Shown in pieces: positions 32,535 through 41,405 of a stretch of 44,926 nt of DNA (position 1 is the stretch's first letter; every line of letters starts with the position of its first letter). A program made the translations under genes and the position numbers. The notes beneath the pieces were generated by a model. It did no database searches. It worked only from the letters and a program-made list of their open reading frames with translations, and was not told the origin of the DNA. Where the stretch lies: positions 1-44,926 of the forward strand of contig CAYYFM010000073.1 of assembly GCA_964471375.1 (NCBI GenBank), read 5' to 3'. Source of the DNA: an uncultured Gammaproteobacteria bacterium (GTDB taxonomy: Bacteria > Patescibacteriota > Patescibacteriia > UBA9934 > GWF2-40-263).

Positions 32535-34628
32535 ATGAACCCTTATTTGAAGGCCGCGAAGCTGAAGGAGGAGTCAGTAGATCGGAAACACATCAATGAA
32601 ACCGCGCTTCTTCCCCTTGATGGACGTGAAGGGTATGTTTTTTTCATGATTGATATTCGTGGAAAAAATACAAATCCAACGGAACTCATCTCCATCATCA
32701 ACGAGCATAGCGAGCGTCTAGCAAACTCCGTTGGAAAAGATGCAAATGTTCAGCATCGGTTTGAACAATTCTTGAGTGCATTGAACCAAACGCTTTCTGA
32801 ACGTGTGATCAACGGGGATTTTTCTGTTCCGATCGATCAGCTCAATGCGCTTGTTGGAATTGTGTCTGCACACGAAATGTTTTTATCTGGTACAGGAGAC
32901 CTTGTCGCATTATTTTTACATCGGACACAGGAGCAACGTTATCAGGTGTTCAACTTGTTTCGCAGTATTCAGACAGAACAAGCGCTTCCCAATTGGGAAA
33001 AGGCGTTTGCAGTTGTCCTCGATGGGGATATCACGGCCGGCGACGTATTTTGTGTCTCGAACAAAGACATCGGGCGACATATTTCACAAGAAGAGTTAAA
33101 TTCAATTCTTTCAACCCTTCCGCCAACAAGTGCCACAGAAAAAATTCGGCAATATTTTCCAACAAATACAGATTTATCTCTCATCATCGTGCAATCAACC
33201 GAAGACCAAATGGTTCGTGAAGAATTCGCACAGCCACTTGCGAGTGTTTCCATCAATGAACTCGATCGAAAAAAGACAGAAACACGAAAGCTCCTCGAAG
33301 ATCAAAAACCAAAACCTTCTACAAAATTATTCATCAAAATGACACGAGTGCTTGTAAAAACCGCTTGGAAATTTGCAATACGTCATATCCGAACGGGCAT
33401 GCAAGCAACAGTAAAATTCACACGAAAAGAACAGCGTGAACGTGTAATCAATACGGTCAAAACAACGACAGACGCACGCATTCGCCAATTCATCGCTACC
33501 TATAAAGGTCTCCCAAAATCATCCAAAACTCTTGCACTTGCGGGTGTTGGGATCATCATTGCTCTTGCCGTTGGTATTTCCGTTTTACAAAATGCTCAAG
33601 CACGATCTGCCGAAGTTGCTGCGTATGATTCACTTGTAAAAAAAGTTGAAGACACGATTGAAAAAGCAGGTGGAGCTATTATCTATAAAGATGAAACGCA
33701 AGCACGCAAACTTTATACGTCCGCCCTCGCACTCGCGACGGCCCTTCCACAAGAGACAGAGGAACGCGTCGCGCAATCGAAAAATCTGATCGGAGAAATT
33801 AATCAAGCATTTGACACCTTGAGACATCTCGTAAATATTCCGTCTCCAAATCTTGTTGCAGAACTTGGATTCGATGATGGATCGACGGGAAAAACGCTTT
33901 TCTCAAATGGAGGATTGATGTACGTTGTTTCTTCAAATAAACAGCTTTCTGTTCTTGATCTGGCAAAAAAAACATTCACCTCTCTCGAAACAAAAGATGG
34001 AGGTTCAGGAATTCCTCTTGAAACAACAACGGAAGATGGAACCATTCTTATTTTGGATGACCGACCTGGTGTCACGCGACTCGACATTCCAAATGCACAA
34101 ATGCAACTGACAAACGTCAAGCCAATTGAAGGGACTCGATGGACAGATATTGCGCTTTATAATAGTAAATTATACGTCATTGAGCCAAAATCTGGTCAGC
34201 TCATCCGATACAATCGTGCAGGAAACGAATATGACGGCGGAACGCGCTGGATCAAAGCGCTCTCTACAGATTTGTCAGATGCGGTCAGTCTCACGATTGA
34301 TGCAACGGTTTTTGTTCTGAAACAAAACGGAAAAATCGTCCGCTTTGTGAGTGGTTCAGAAGTTGGATGGACACAAGCGAGCGTCGATCCTGTCGTCGCG
34401 ACCGCGACAGACATTTGGACAAATACAGACAGTGCCTACGTCTATGTTTTGGAACCGGCGACGCAAAGACTTATTGTATACAAAAAAGAAGGAGGATCTC
34501 TTGTCACTCAATATCGCTCAGATGCCTTCACGGGCGTAACCGATTTCCTCGTCGATGAACCAAATAAAACAATTTACTTTCTCGCAGGAACCAAGCTCTA
34601 TTCGATCAGTGCAAGTCATTTGAAATAA
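32535..34628 (+). CDS. bitopic membrane protein (697 aa): cytoplasmic domain, TM segment, repeat-rich beta C-terminal domain
   Basis: Single TM segment (TLALAGVGIIIALAVGISVL) mid-protein. In the N-terminal part, ..FFMIDIRGKN.. and ..DITAGDVFCVSNKDIGRHISQEEL.. faintly resemble a degenerate PP2C/SpoIIE fold. The C-terminal part has a propeller-like repeat feel. All weak. Confidence 0.65.
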   Translation: MNPYLKAAKLKEESVDRKHINETALLPLDGREGYVFFMIDIRGKNTNPTELISIINEHSERLANSVGKDANVQHRFEQFLSALNQTLSERVINGDFSVPIDQLNALVGIVSAHEMFLSGTGDLVALFLHRTQEQRYQVFNLFRSIQTEQALPNWEKAFAVVLDGDITAGDVFCVSNKDIGRHISQEELNSILSTLPPTSATEKIRQYFPTNTDLSLIIVQSTEDQMVREEFAQPLASVSINELDRKKTETRKLLEDQKPKPSTKLFIKMTRVLVKTAWKFAIRHIRTGMQATVKFTRKEQRERVINTVKTTTDARIRQFIATYKGLPKSSKTLALAGVGIIIALAVGISVLQNAQARSAEVAAYDSLVKKVEDTIEKAGGAIIYKDETQARKLYTSALALATALPQETEERVAQSKNLIGEINQAFDTLRHLVNIPSPNLVAELGFDDGSTGKTLFSNGGLMYVVSSNKQLSVLDLAKKTFTSLETKDGGSGIPLETTTEDGTILILDDRPGVTRLDIPNAQMQLTNVKPIEGTRWTDIALYNSKLYVIEPKSGQLIRYNRAGNEYDGGTRWIKALSTDLSDAVSLTIDATVFVLKQNGKIVRFVSGSEVGWTQASVDPVVATATDIWTNTDSAYVYVLEPATQRLIVYKKEGGSLVTQYRSDAFTGVTDFLVDEPNKTIYFLAGTKLYSISASHLK

Positions 34629-34633
34629 AAAAA

Positions 34634-34685
34634 TAGTCGGTAGTCAGTAGTCAAGGAAAACCCCAACTACCATCTACCAACTACC
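34634..34685. repeat. imperfect word hairpin (GGTAGT / ACTACC words)
   Basis: tagtcggtagtcagtagtc ... aactaccatctaccaactacc between convergent genes. Confidence 0.55.
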
Positions 34686-34691
34686 TTCTAT

Positions 34692-35090
34692 CTATTTGAT
34701 TGCTCCTGTTGCACCTGCGTCTGTGATTTTCTTCAACGTTTCTTCTGCGGTCGCTTTGTCTACACCTGTTTTTACCACTTTTGGTGCGCCGTCGACAATA
34801 TCTTTTGCTTCTTTCAAGCCAAGACCTGTGATTTCGCGCACGGCTTTGATCGCATTAATCTTGTTGTCTCCTGCCGCAGTGATTTCAACATCAAACGATG
34901 TTTTCTCTTCTACAGCAGCGGCAGCAGCTGGAGCAGCGGCCATCATCATGGCTGGAGCTGCCGCAGAAACACCGAACTTATCTTCGAGCACTTTCACAAG
35001 TTCAGAAAGGTCGATCACGGACATCTTTTCGATTTCAGACACAAGCGCCTGAAACTTCGCTGGAACTTCAACTTTCGTTTCGTCAGACAT
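34692..35090 (-). CDS. rplL: 50S ribosomal protein L7/L12
   Basis: Ala-rich hinge plus [31 protein letters not shown]. Confidence 0.95.
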   Translation of the reverse strand: MSDETKVEVPAKFQALVSEIEKMSVIDLSELVKVLEDKFGVSAAAPAMMMAAAPAAAAAVEEKTSFDVEITAAGDNKINAIKAVREITGLGLKEAKDIVDGAPKVVKTGVDKATAEETLKKITDAGATGAIK

Positions 35091-35099
35091 AGACGTTTA

Positions 35100-35196
35100 G
35101 GAGCCACATGGGCCATATGAGCCAGAGGAGCCAGAGAAAAAGGAAATAATTTTCCTTCGCCTTTGGCTCATATGGCTTTTCTGGCTCCTTTGGCTC
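35100..35196. repeat. long word hairpin (GAGCCA / TGGCTC words) between rplJ and rplL
   Basis: ggagccacatgggccatatgagccagaggagccagag - aaaaaggaaataattttccttcg - cctttggctcatatggcttttctggctcctttggctc. Confidence 0.8.
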
Positions 35197-35207
35197 ATTC
35201 TTAAATA

Positions 35208-35732
35208 TTAGGCTGTTTTCTTTTCTTTGATTGCTCCAAGCACCGTGACCAATCCACGCAGGTTTCCTGCGAGAACGTTTACGAAGCCCGTTATAGGAGC
35301 ATTGAGTGTGCCGACCAACTGGCCGAGCAACTGCTGTTTGCTTGGAAGCGTTGCGAGCGTTTTAACCGCCTTGGCATCCATGAGTTTTCCCTCAAGAATT
35401 CCACCAATCATCTGAATCGCATCACGCTTTTTTCCAAACTCTGCCATGAGTTTTGCAGCAGAAACTTCATCGTTGAATCCAACGGTTGTGAGAATACTTC
35501 CCTCAAGCCCTTCGATATTCACATCAAGTCCCGCTTCCTTAAGGGCACGTTCGAGCAATGTTTTTTTTGCCACGAACGATTTGATCCCCTGCTCCTTCCC
35601 TTTTGCACGAAGTGAGTCAGCGTCCTCCATGGTATATCCACCAATCGATGTAAACACCGCTGCCTTCATCGTCCGAAAGTGATTCGCAATCTCAGAAATA
35701 ATCTCCTGTTTTTGCGCGCGTGTCTTTGGCAT
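35208..35732 (-). CDS. rplJ: 50S ribosomal protein L10
   Basis: The N-terminus MPKTRAQKQEIISEIANHFRTMKAAVFTSIGGYTMEDADSLR and the position upstream of rplL are typical of L10. Confidence 0.9.
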   Translation of the reverse strand: MPKTRAQKQEIISEIANHFRTMKAAVFTSIGGYTMEDADSLRAKGKEQGIKSFVAKKTLLERALKEAGLDVNIEGLEGSILTTVGFNDEVSAAKLMAEFGKKRDAIQMIGGILEGKLMDAKAVKTLATLPSKQQLLGQLVGTLNAPITGFVNVLAGNLRGLVTVLGAIKEKKTA

Positions 35733-35996
35733 AATAGTTGTTATTGACTACGAAAACATACGAAATTACGGAAATACGGAAATAACGAGATAAATTTTTT
35801 CTGTACATTCTGTATTTCCGTAATTCAGTATGTTTTCGTCGTATGTAACGATTTTTCGACCTTTAATAAAAAATTCTGCAACCGAAGCGCAGAATTCGAC
35901 AAAACGCGAGAAAACTCACGCAATACCTCGACAGGACTTATGAAAACTCTTCGATACACTCAGAGTCTCCAACCTGTTTTCTACGGCTTAGATTGT
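35733..35996 (-). promoter_or_regulatory. long 5' leader of rplJ-rplL (possible L10 autoregulatory leader), including a word hairpin at 35749-35843
   Basis: About 260 nt lie between the predicted promoter and the rplJ ATG. It contains the near-perfect inverted repeat TACGAAAACATACGAAATTACGGAAATA / TATTTCCGTAATTCAGTATGTTTTCGT. L10-leader identity is not verified. Confidence 0.3.
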
Positions 35997-36003
35997 TGAC
36001 GAC

Positions 36004-36032
36004 ACTATACGGGATCAAAGATTTCCCGTCAA
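36004..36032 (-). promoter_or_regulatory. sigma70-like promoter TTGACG-17nt-TATAGT for rplJL
   Basis: On the minus strand, -35 at 36027-36032 and -10 at 36004-36009. Confidence 0.5.
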
Positions 36033-36049
36033 GAGTTCTAAATATCTCC

Positions 36050-36999
36050 ATTCCGGCTCTTAGAGCCGGAATCAAAACGACAGAATTATACAATCACTTA
36101 ATCCTAAACCCCAGCAAACGGTGCCATTCCGGCTCTAAGAGCCGGAATGGCTTTGACAGAGTAAGATGCCCGAAAGATTAGAACCAGACGAATGATGGTT
36201 CTTCTGCTCCAAAAAAAGTCGGAACTTTCAGATATTGTAGATACGCTTCTTTCGTTGCAAACCACTTTCGCACTATTTCTTCATCAACAACAGGTAACCG
36301 CTGTTTATTTTTCAAATAGACTGGATGACTAGACCAGCGATATTCATTCAGCTTTCTTTCGGCTCCACCATCCCAATTGGTATGACCGCCATCCCGCCAT
36401 TCAAATGGAGACCCATCTAAGGCATTTAAATGAATATAGCGTGGCAACAACTGAAGATGTTCTTCGGAATCGACCGGTTTTGCCTTAAAGGGGCCCTCAC
36501 AAAGCCGACCTTTCCGGTCATATCTGATGTTAAAATAATTGGCGTATCCCATTCCAACACGATGAAGAAATTTCGAAATTCCCTCAGGAACGGTTTGTTT
36601 TAGTAATAGGTGAAAATGAGTAGGTCGTAAACAAAATGAAACAATACTGACGAGTGGTTCTCTTCCGTAGGAATAAACCTCATGACCAGCAAGAAGCGCT
36701 TCTCGTTCTATTTCTGTTCCACCTCTGTGCTTATAATTTAGATCATTAAACAAATACATGGATTCATAAAATCGATGGTAATCATGTTCATCCAGAAAAA
36801 TAACCCGCTTATCTACACCACGGTTATAAACATGATAATAGCTGTTCGAAACAATAGGTTCACGCATAATTTTCGTAGTTAATCTGACCCTAACCGTCAT
36901 TCCGGCTCTAAGAGCCGGAATGAGAATCGGAACACCAGAACGGGTTTTTAAGCAAATTACTAGCAAACGGTGCCATTCCGGCTCTAAGAGCCGGAATGG
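36050..36999 (-). mobile_element. RAYT gene with flanking REP hairpins (REP/RAYT unit)
   Basis: REP hairpins at 36050-36072, 36124-36150, 36898-36922 and 36973-36999 bracket the Y1-transposase-like gene. The 38-nt string AGCAAACGGTGCCATTCCGGCTCTAAGAGCCGGAATGG is repeated in direct orientation on both sides (36113-36150 and 36962-36999). Confidence 0.75.
36178..36867 (-). CDS. REP-associated tyrosine transposase (IS200/IS605 TnpA-like, RAYT)
   Basis: YYHVYNRGVDKRVIF, the HUH motif in PTHFHLLLKQ, and the catalytic-Tyr region LLPRYIHLNAL. Start set at ATG 36865-36867 (MREPIV). The track's upstream 63 codons are REP sequence (..IPALRAG..) and overlap murF. Confidence 0.8.
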   Translation of the reverse strand: MREPIVSNSYYHVYNRGVDKRVIFLDEHDYHRFYESMYLFNDLNYKHRGGTEIEREALLAGHEVYSYGREPLVSIVSFCLRPTHFHLLLKQTVPEGISKFLHRVGMGYANYFNIRYDRKGRLCEGPFKAKPVDSEEHLQLLPRYIHLNALDGSPFEWRDGGHTNWDGGAERKLNEYRWSSHPVYLKNKQRLPVVDEEIVRKWFATKEAYLQYLKVPTFFGAEEPSFVWF

Positions 37000-37040
37000 C
37001 CAGAGTCGGGTTGAACCTGAAGATGCGGAACAGTTGGATA

Positions 37041-38330
37041 TTATGTATCGAGCCACGTACCGTACTGGCGGACAAGGAGTTCTTGGGCGTGGGTGGGTTC
37101 GGCTAGGAGGTCTTTTACGGCTTTTTCCATGCGGGAGGATTGGGAGCCTTTTAGGAGAATTACGTCCCCATGCTTTATGTTGAAATCTAACCAGCGACCC
37201 GCTTCGGTGGATGTGGCGAAAAACTGAATGTGGGACTCATCCATTCCTGCTTCAATGGCACCGCGGCGGATATCGCGAGCTTCTTCGTTGACGCAGATAA
37301 GAAGATCAGCAACTTCTGCGGCGCGTAGGCCGAGCAGACGATGTTCCGGAACGCTATACTGACCGAGTTCGGCCATTTTGCCGAGAACGGCAATACGACG
37401 GGCGGAACCTACGGGACTAAAGTCCCTAAGAACTTCCAAGGCTGAACTCATGGATGCTGGTGCCGCATTATATGAGTCGTCGAGCAGAAGCGTTCCTTTG
37501 ATTCCAGCGAGTGGACGCATTCGTCCTGCGTGTGGCTCAAGCGTTGCAAGAGCTGTCACGATCTCATCGATTGTCATGCCAAGCTGTTTGCCAACCGCGG
37601 CAGCGGCAAGAGCGGCATAGACCTGACCACGCCCAAGCAGATTTGGAAGAACAACGGGGGCACGCTCCCGATCGAGACAGAGATCAAAATGAATCGCGCA
37701 CTTATCCATGCTTGTATCTGTCTGATAATTTTCTGCACGGACATCTGAAACGGCGCTGAATCCATACGTCACCGTTCTGCAATCTATTCGCTGTTCGATC
37801 ACAAGCGGATCATCCGCATTCAAAAATGCGACCCCGCCAGATTTCATCTTACGAACGATCTGACCTTTTTCTTTTGCGAGATCTTCCACAGACGCAAAAA
37901 ACTCTGCATGCACGGGAGTGACCGCGGTTAAAACCGAAATATCCGGAGGTGCCATCTGGCAAAGACGTGAAATATCACCAGGATGATCAAGACCAAATTC
38001 GAGGACGAAGTGGGTGGGTAGCGTGTAACGTTTAGCGTTTAGAACTGAAATAGGATACATCAAGCTAAAAGCATTCCAGAAAACTTTAATCCATCCAAAA
38101 AGAGATTTCCCTGGACTCTTCTCTCCGATAATTGTGAGTGGGACACCAAACTCATTATTATAATTTTCTGTAGGTGATCGAACGGAAAATTTTGTGCTCA
38201 AAACCGTCGCGATCGCATTACGCGTCGATGTCTTTCCTACCGACCCTGTAACAGCAATAACGGTTGGATGGTGTTTGTGAAGAATTTGTCTCGCAAAATA
38301 GGCGAGGAGAAATTGGATGAGTTTTTTCAT
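37041..38330 (-). CDS. murF: UDP-N-acetylmuramoyl-tripeptide--D-alanyl-D-alanine ligase
   Basis: Mur ligase P-loop VIAVTGSVGKTSTRNAI and LLLDDSYNAAPASM (MurF DDSYNANP-like). ATGA overlap with the ftsI stop. Contains two small in-frame repeat fragments. Confidence 0.85.
   Translation of the reverse strand: MKKLIQFLLAYFARQILHKHHPTVIAVTGSVGKTSTRNAIATVLSTKFSVRSPTENYNNEFGVPLTIIGEKSPGKSLFGWIKVFWNAFSLMYPISVLNAKRYTLPTHFVLEFGLDHPGDISRLCQMAPPDISVLTAVTPVHAEFFASVEDLAKEKGQIVRKMKSGGVAFLNADDPLVIEQRIDCRTVTYGFSAVSDVRAENYQTDTSMDKCAIHFDLCLDRERAPVVLPNLLGRGQVYAALAAAAVGKQLGMTIDEIVTALATLEPHAGRMRPLAGIKGTLLLDDSYNAAPASMSSALEVLRDFSPVGSARRIAVLGKMAELGQYSVPEHRLLGLRAAEVADLLICVNEEARDIRRGAIEAGMDESHIQFFATSTEAGRWLDFNIKHGDVILLKGSQSSRMEKAVKDLLAEPTHAQELLVRQYGTWLDT
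37411..37433. repeat. single-arm palindromic element inside murF
   Basis: ACGGGACTAAAGTCCCTAAGAAC, read as VLRDFSPV, a different element frame from the full-length copies. Confidence 0.85.
38018..38042. repeat. TAGCGT-word fragment inside murF
   Basis: GTAGCGTGTAACGTTTAGCGTTTAG uses the same words as the hairpin at 7288-7387 and the stretch at 8843-8866. Read in frame as LNAKRYTLP. Confidence 0.7.
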
Positions 38331-40081
38331 AATCGTTCTGGCGGAATCTCGAAATACTGTAACAGAAACTTGGCGATCTCACCAAACAATGGCGCGGCGG
38401 TGGACTCTGCCCATTTCACGTCTTTCGGATTATCGATACGCACGACCATCGCAAACTTCGGTGCATTCACTGGACCAAACCCTGCAAATGAACCTATCGT
38501 CACATCTGCATCATACCCACCCCTACTTGCCACCTGCGCCGTCCCTGTTTTTCCACCGATGTAGTATCCTTCCACTCCCGCACGTTTCCCATGTCCATTT
38601 TCAATAACAGAAACGAGCATGGCGCCAATCAACCTCGCAGACTTCGCCTGCAATACGCGACGCAACTCCTGTGGTTCTCGCACCTCGTGTGTCCCGTCAG
38701 ACTTCACGACATCCTCGACAATATATGGTTTCATCATCACCCCATCATTTGCAATCGCTGCATACGCCGTTGCCATTTGCAGGGGTGTGACGGTGATTCC
38801 CTGTCCAAATGCTGCGGTGGCCGAATAAATTTCCTGTCCCAAGTCGAGCGCGGCAATCGTCCCAGGCATTTCTGTCTCTAATTCCAAACCCTCACGCACT
38901 CCAAACCCAAAATTTTTCACGTACTCCGTAAATTTGTCCATTCCCATTTGTCGCATGGCAAAAACCATCCCTGTATTCACAGAATTTTCAAGCACTTGCG
39001 TCATGTTGATCACTCCATAAACTTTTAACTCGGCATTATTGAGCGGTTGAGGCCATCCATCAACTAACACAGAACCTATATCCTCAAACGTTGTCACTGG
39101 CGTCACCGCACCCGTATCAATCGCAGCCGCCATGGTGATTGGTTTGAAAATAGATCCCGGCTCGTACGCTTCAAAAATCGCAGGATTATTGAACGTCTCA
39201 ATTTTCTCCACTTCGTTAAACGCATCCGGCTCAAAATCAGGCGACCCACACATTCCTAAAATTTTTCCTGTCTGCGGTTCGATAATCACAACGCTTCCTC
39301 CATCCGCTCCATGTTTCAAAACCGCCGCGTGCAATTTTTCACAGGCAAAATATTGAATCGTTCGATCAATCGTCAAAACCACATCTGACCCATCAATCGC
39401 AGGCTCAATCGAGCGCTCTCCGATAGAAATCAAACGTCCAGCAATATCACGTTCAGATCGTAAAAATCCTGGTGTTCCCGTCAGCTCATCGTTAAAATAC
39501 CCTTCAATGCCATACTTTCCAGACAACGTCCCATCTTCAGATGACCCAACAAATCCAACCACATGCCCACCCAACCCTTCTTCTGGATACAACCGACCTT
39601 CTTCCCGAATGTAGTGAATTCCAGGAATATCAAGCGCAATGAGTTTCTCCAAAAAATCCTCCGTCACCCCACGTGCAATCGGTTCATACGGATCTTGTTT
39701 ATTCTTAATTCGATCTTCAAGTGCATCGATTTGATCATCATTATACCCAAACAACGTTCCAACTTTTTCCGCCGCATCGTCTGCGTCAACAATATTGCGT
39801 GGATCGGCATACACGCGAGCTACTTGCTGAACCGTTGCAATAGGAACAAGCGATTCGTCCTTCATGTCATGAATAAGAATATCCCCACGCGATGGATACA
39901 GCTCGCGAAAAATCTCATGCTGACCAGACGCAAGCGCTTTGTACGTCTCATAATCGAGAATCTGTAAAATCGCGAGTTTTCCAACAATCACCGTGGCAAA
40001 CAAAACCATTCCATACCGAAACGCATTCATGCGCCACGATGAATCAGGTGAACGAGTTTTATGATGCCAGGATCGTTTCAT
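38327..40081 (-). CDS. ftsI: penicillin-binding protein 2 / FtsI-type transpeptidase
   Basis: N-terminal TM segment, then SxxK (GSIFKP), SxN (ENSVNTG) and KTG (GGKTGTA) motifs. Confidence 0.9.
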   Translation of the reverse strand: MKRSWHHKTRSPDSSWRMNAFRYGMVLFATVIVGKLAILQILDYETYKALASGQHEIFRELYPSRGDILIHDMKDESLVPIATVQQVARVYADPRNIVDADDAAEKVGTLFGYNDDQIDALEDRIKNKQDPYEPIARGVTEDFLEKLIALDIPGIHYIREEGRLYPEEGLGGHVVGFVGSSEDGTLSGKYGIEGYFNDELTGTPGFLRSERDIAGRLISIGERSIEPAIDGSDVVLTIDRTIQYFACEKLHAAVLKHGADGGSVVIIEPQTGKILGMCGSPDFEPDAFNEVEKIETFNNPAIFEAYEPGSIFKPITMAAAIDTGAVTPVTTFEDIGSVLVDGWPQPLNNAELKVYGVINMTQVLENSVNTGMVFAMRQMGMDKFTEYVKNFGFGVREGLELETEMPGTIAALDLGQEIYSATAAFGQGITVTPLQMATAYAAIANDGVMMKPYIVEDVVKSDGTHEVREPQELRRVLQAKSARLIGAMLVSVIENGHGKRAGVEGYYIGGKTGTAQVASRGGYDADVTIGSFAGFGPVNAPKFAMVVRIDNPKDVKWAESTAAPLFGEIAKFLLQYFEIPPERL

Positions 40082-40083
40082 AG

Positions 40084-41307
40084 TTATCCACCAAGTCCAA
40101 ACCCAAACAATGTTCCTTCTCCACGTGGATTTTTTCCGCTCAATATTTCTTCGCCATCACTCTTTCCATCTCCATCTGAATCAAACACTTTTGGATCGGT
40201 TCGATAAAACGCTTCGACGATACTTGAAAGACCATCTCCATCAGGGTCATCATTTGTTTCTGATTTTGTCACCGGAAGAGTTGATACATCATCCACAACG
40301 ATTGTTTTTGTAAGATCACGAAGTTCGGCCTGTTCGAGTGTACCAAGAATCGATCGAGCAATCGAAGCGAACGAGATAGATTTTTTTGGAACATTCCCGA
40401 TAAAGGCCGCATTAAAATCGGACAACTCAACGATCATGTCCACAGGAATCAACGTGTGCTTTTCTCCTTCCACGGCACCCGCTGATTGCAACCGGTAGAG
40501 GAGATGATCTTCAACACCAATCCACACACGTATCGTCAAATTATCCAGTGCGTTCGCCTGAGTTTCTACAAGAACGCGATCCGCATCCGTAATCTCACGT
40601 CCTTCGGTCTGACGAATCATCTCGAGTAAAAACGCACGAATCGCATCTGGATCAAAAATCAGATCAAAAATCCGCATGTCTCGATCATCGATCGTTTCGG
40701 TGAGATCGTCGTAGTGGATAAGGAATATATCTGCTTCAGCAAGAAGGTTTTGAAAAATAGAAACTGTTTGGGATAGAGGGCTCGCAGCTCGTAGCTCAGA
40801 TCCTGAACCCCACCCTCCTGGAACATCCAACCCAGGAATCACACTTCCCCACGCGGGCAATTCATTCTTTGCAAGTGAAATCCATGTCTCATTTGAAAAA
40901 TCAAATCCTTCTATGTCAGGACCTGGCGGCGCGTAGGTGAGGTAGTTCGTTCCATCGATCGTTCGAATTTCACCTGAAAGATCGACGTATTCTTTCGCAC
41001 GACTCACACGAAACACGCGAAACTTTGTTTCTTGCTGTAACCCAGATGAGTGTGAAAGATCGATCGGACCGATCGTGTGCACAGTCGTCGTCGTTCGCTC
41101 CCGCCCTTCTCCACGCGTCCAACTAAACGCCGACCGTTCATGGAACGACTGAACCTCAGACATCGCCTGAAGCATACGCGAAATCTCATCCCCAGGATGG
41201 AATTTCATAAAGACAATCCACATGGCTGTCAGAAGAGCAAAAACAAAAATAACACCGCCAAGAATGAGCCAAATTGCTTTTTTATGAAAATGACCTGACA
41301 GTTCCAT
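40084..41307 (-). CDS. membrane-anchored hypothetical protein with C-terminal Asp-rich Ca-binding-type repeats
   Basis: N-terminal TM segment (AIWLILGGVIFVFALLTAMWIVF). C-terminal NDDPDGDGLS..DSDGDGKSDGEE, thrombospondin-type-3-like. Lies 2 nt upstream of ftsI. Confidence 0.6.
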   Translation of the reverse strand: MELSGHFHKKAIWLILGGVIFVFALLTAMWIVFMKFHPGDEISRMLQAMSEVQSFHERSAFSWTRGEGRERTTTTVHTIGPIDLSHSSGLQQETKFRVFRVSRAKEYVDLSGEIRTIDGTNYLTYAPPGPDIEGFDFSNETWISLAKNELPAWGSVIPGLDVPGGWGSGSELRAASPLSQTVSIFQNLLAEADIFLIHYDDLTETIDDRDMRIFDLIFDPDAIRAFLLEMIRQTEGREITDADRVLVETQANALDNLTIRVWIGVEDHLLYRLQSAGAVEGEKHTLIPVDMIVELSDFNAAFIGNVPKKSISFASIARSILGTLEQAELRDLTKTIVVDDVSTLPVTKSETNDDPDGDGLSSIVEAFYRTDPKVFDSDGDGKSDGEEILSGKNPRGEGTLFGFGLGG

Positions 41308-41363
41308 ATTATGAGGTGACCAACAAACAGACTAAAAAAGTCCGAAGACTAAAGATAGTATAT

Positions 41364-41392
41364 CAAAAAACCAAGGTTTTGCGACCTTGGTT
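41364..41392 (-). terminator. rho-independent terminator
   Basis: On the minus strand, AACCAAGGT-cgcaaa-ACCTTGGTT is followed by a T-run. Confidence 0.65.
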
Positions 41393-41405
41393 TTGATTAT
41401 CTTTC

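Noticed and set aside
36868-37056. N-terminal 63-codon extension of the RAYT ORF.
   Set aside because: The extension consists of REP hairpin sequence (..IPALRAGMT..) and overlaps the murF 3' end. The conserved transposase sequence starts at MREPIVSNSYYHVYNRG (ATG 36867).
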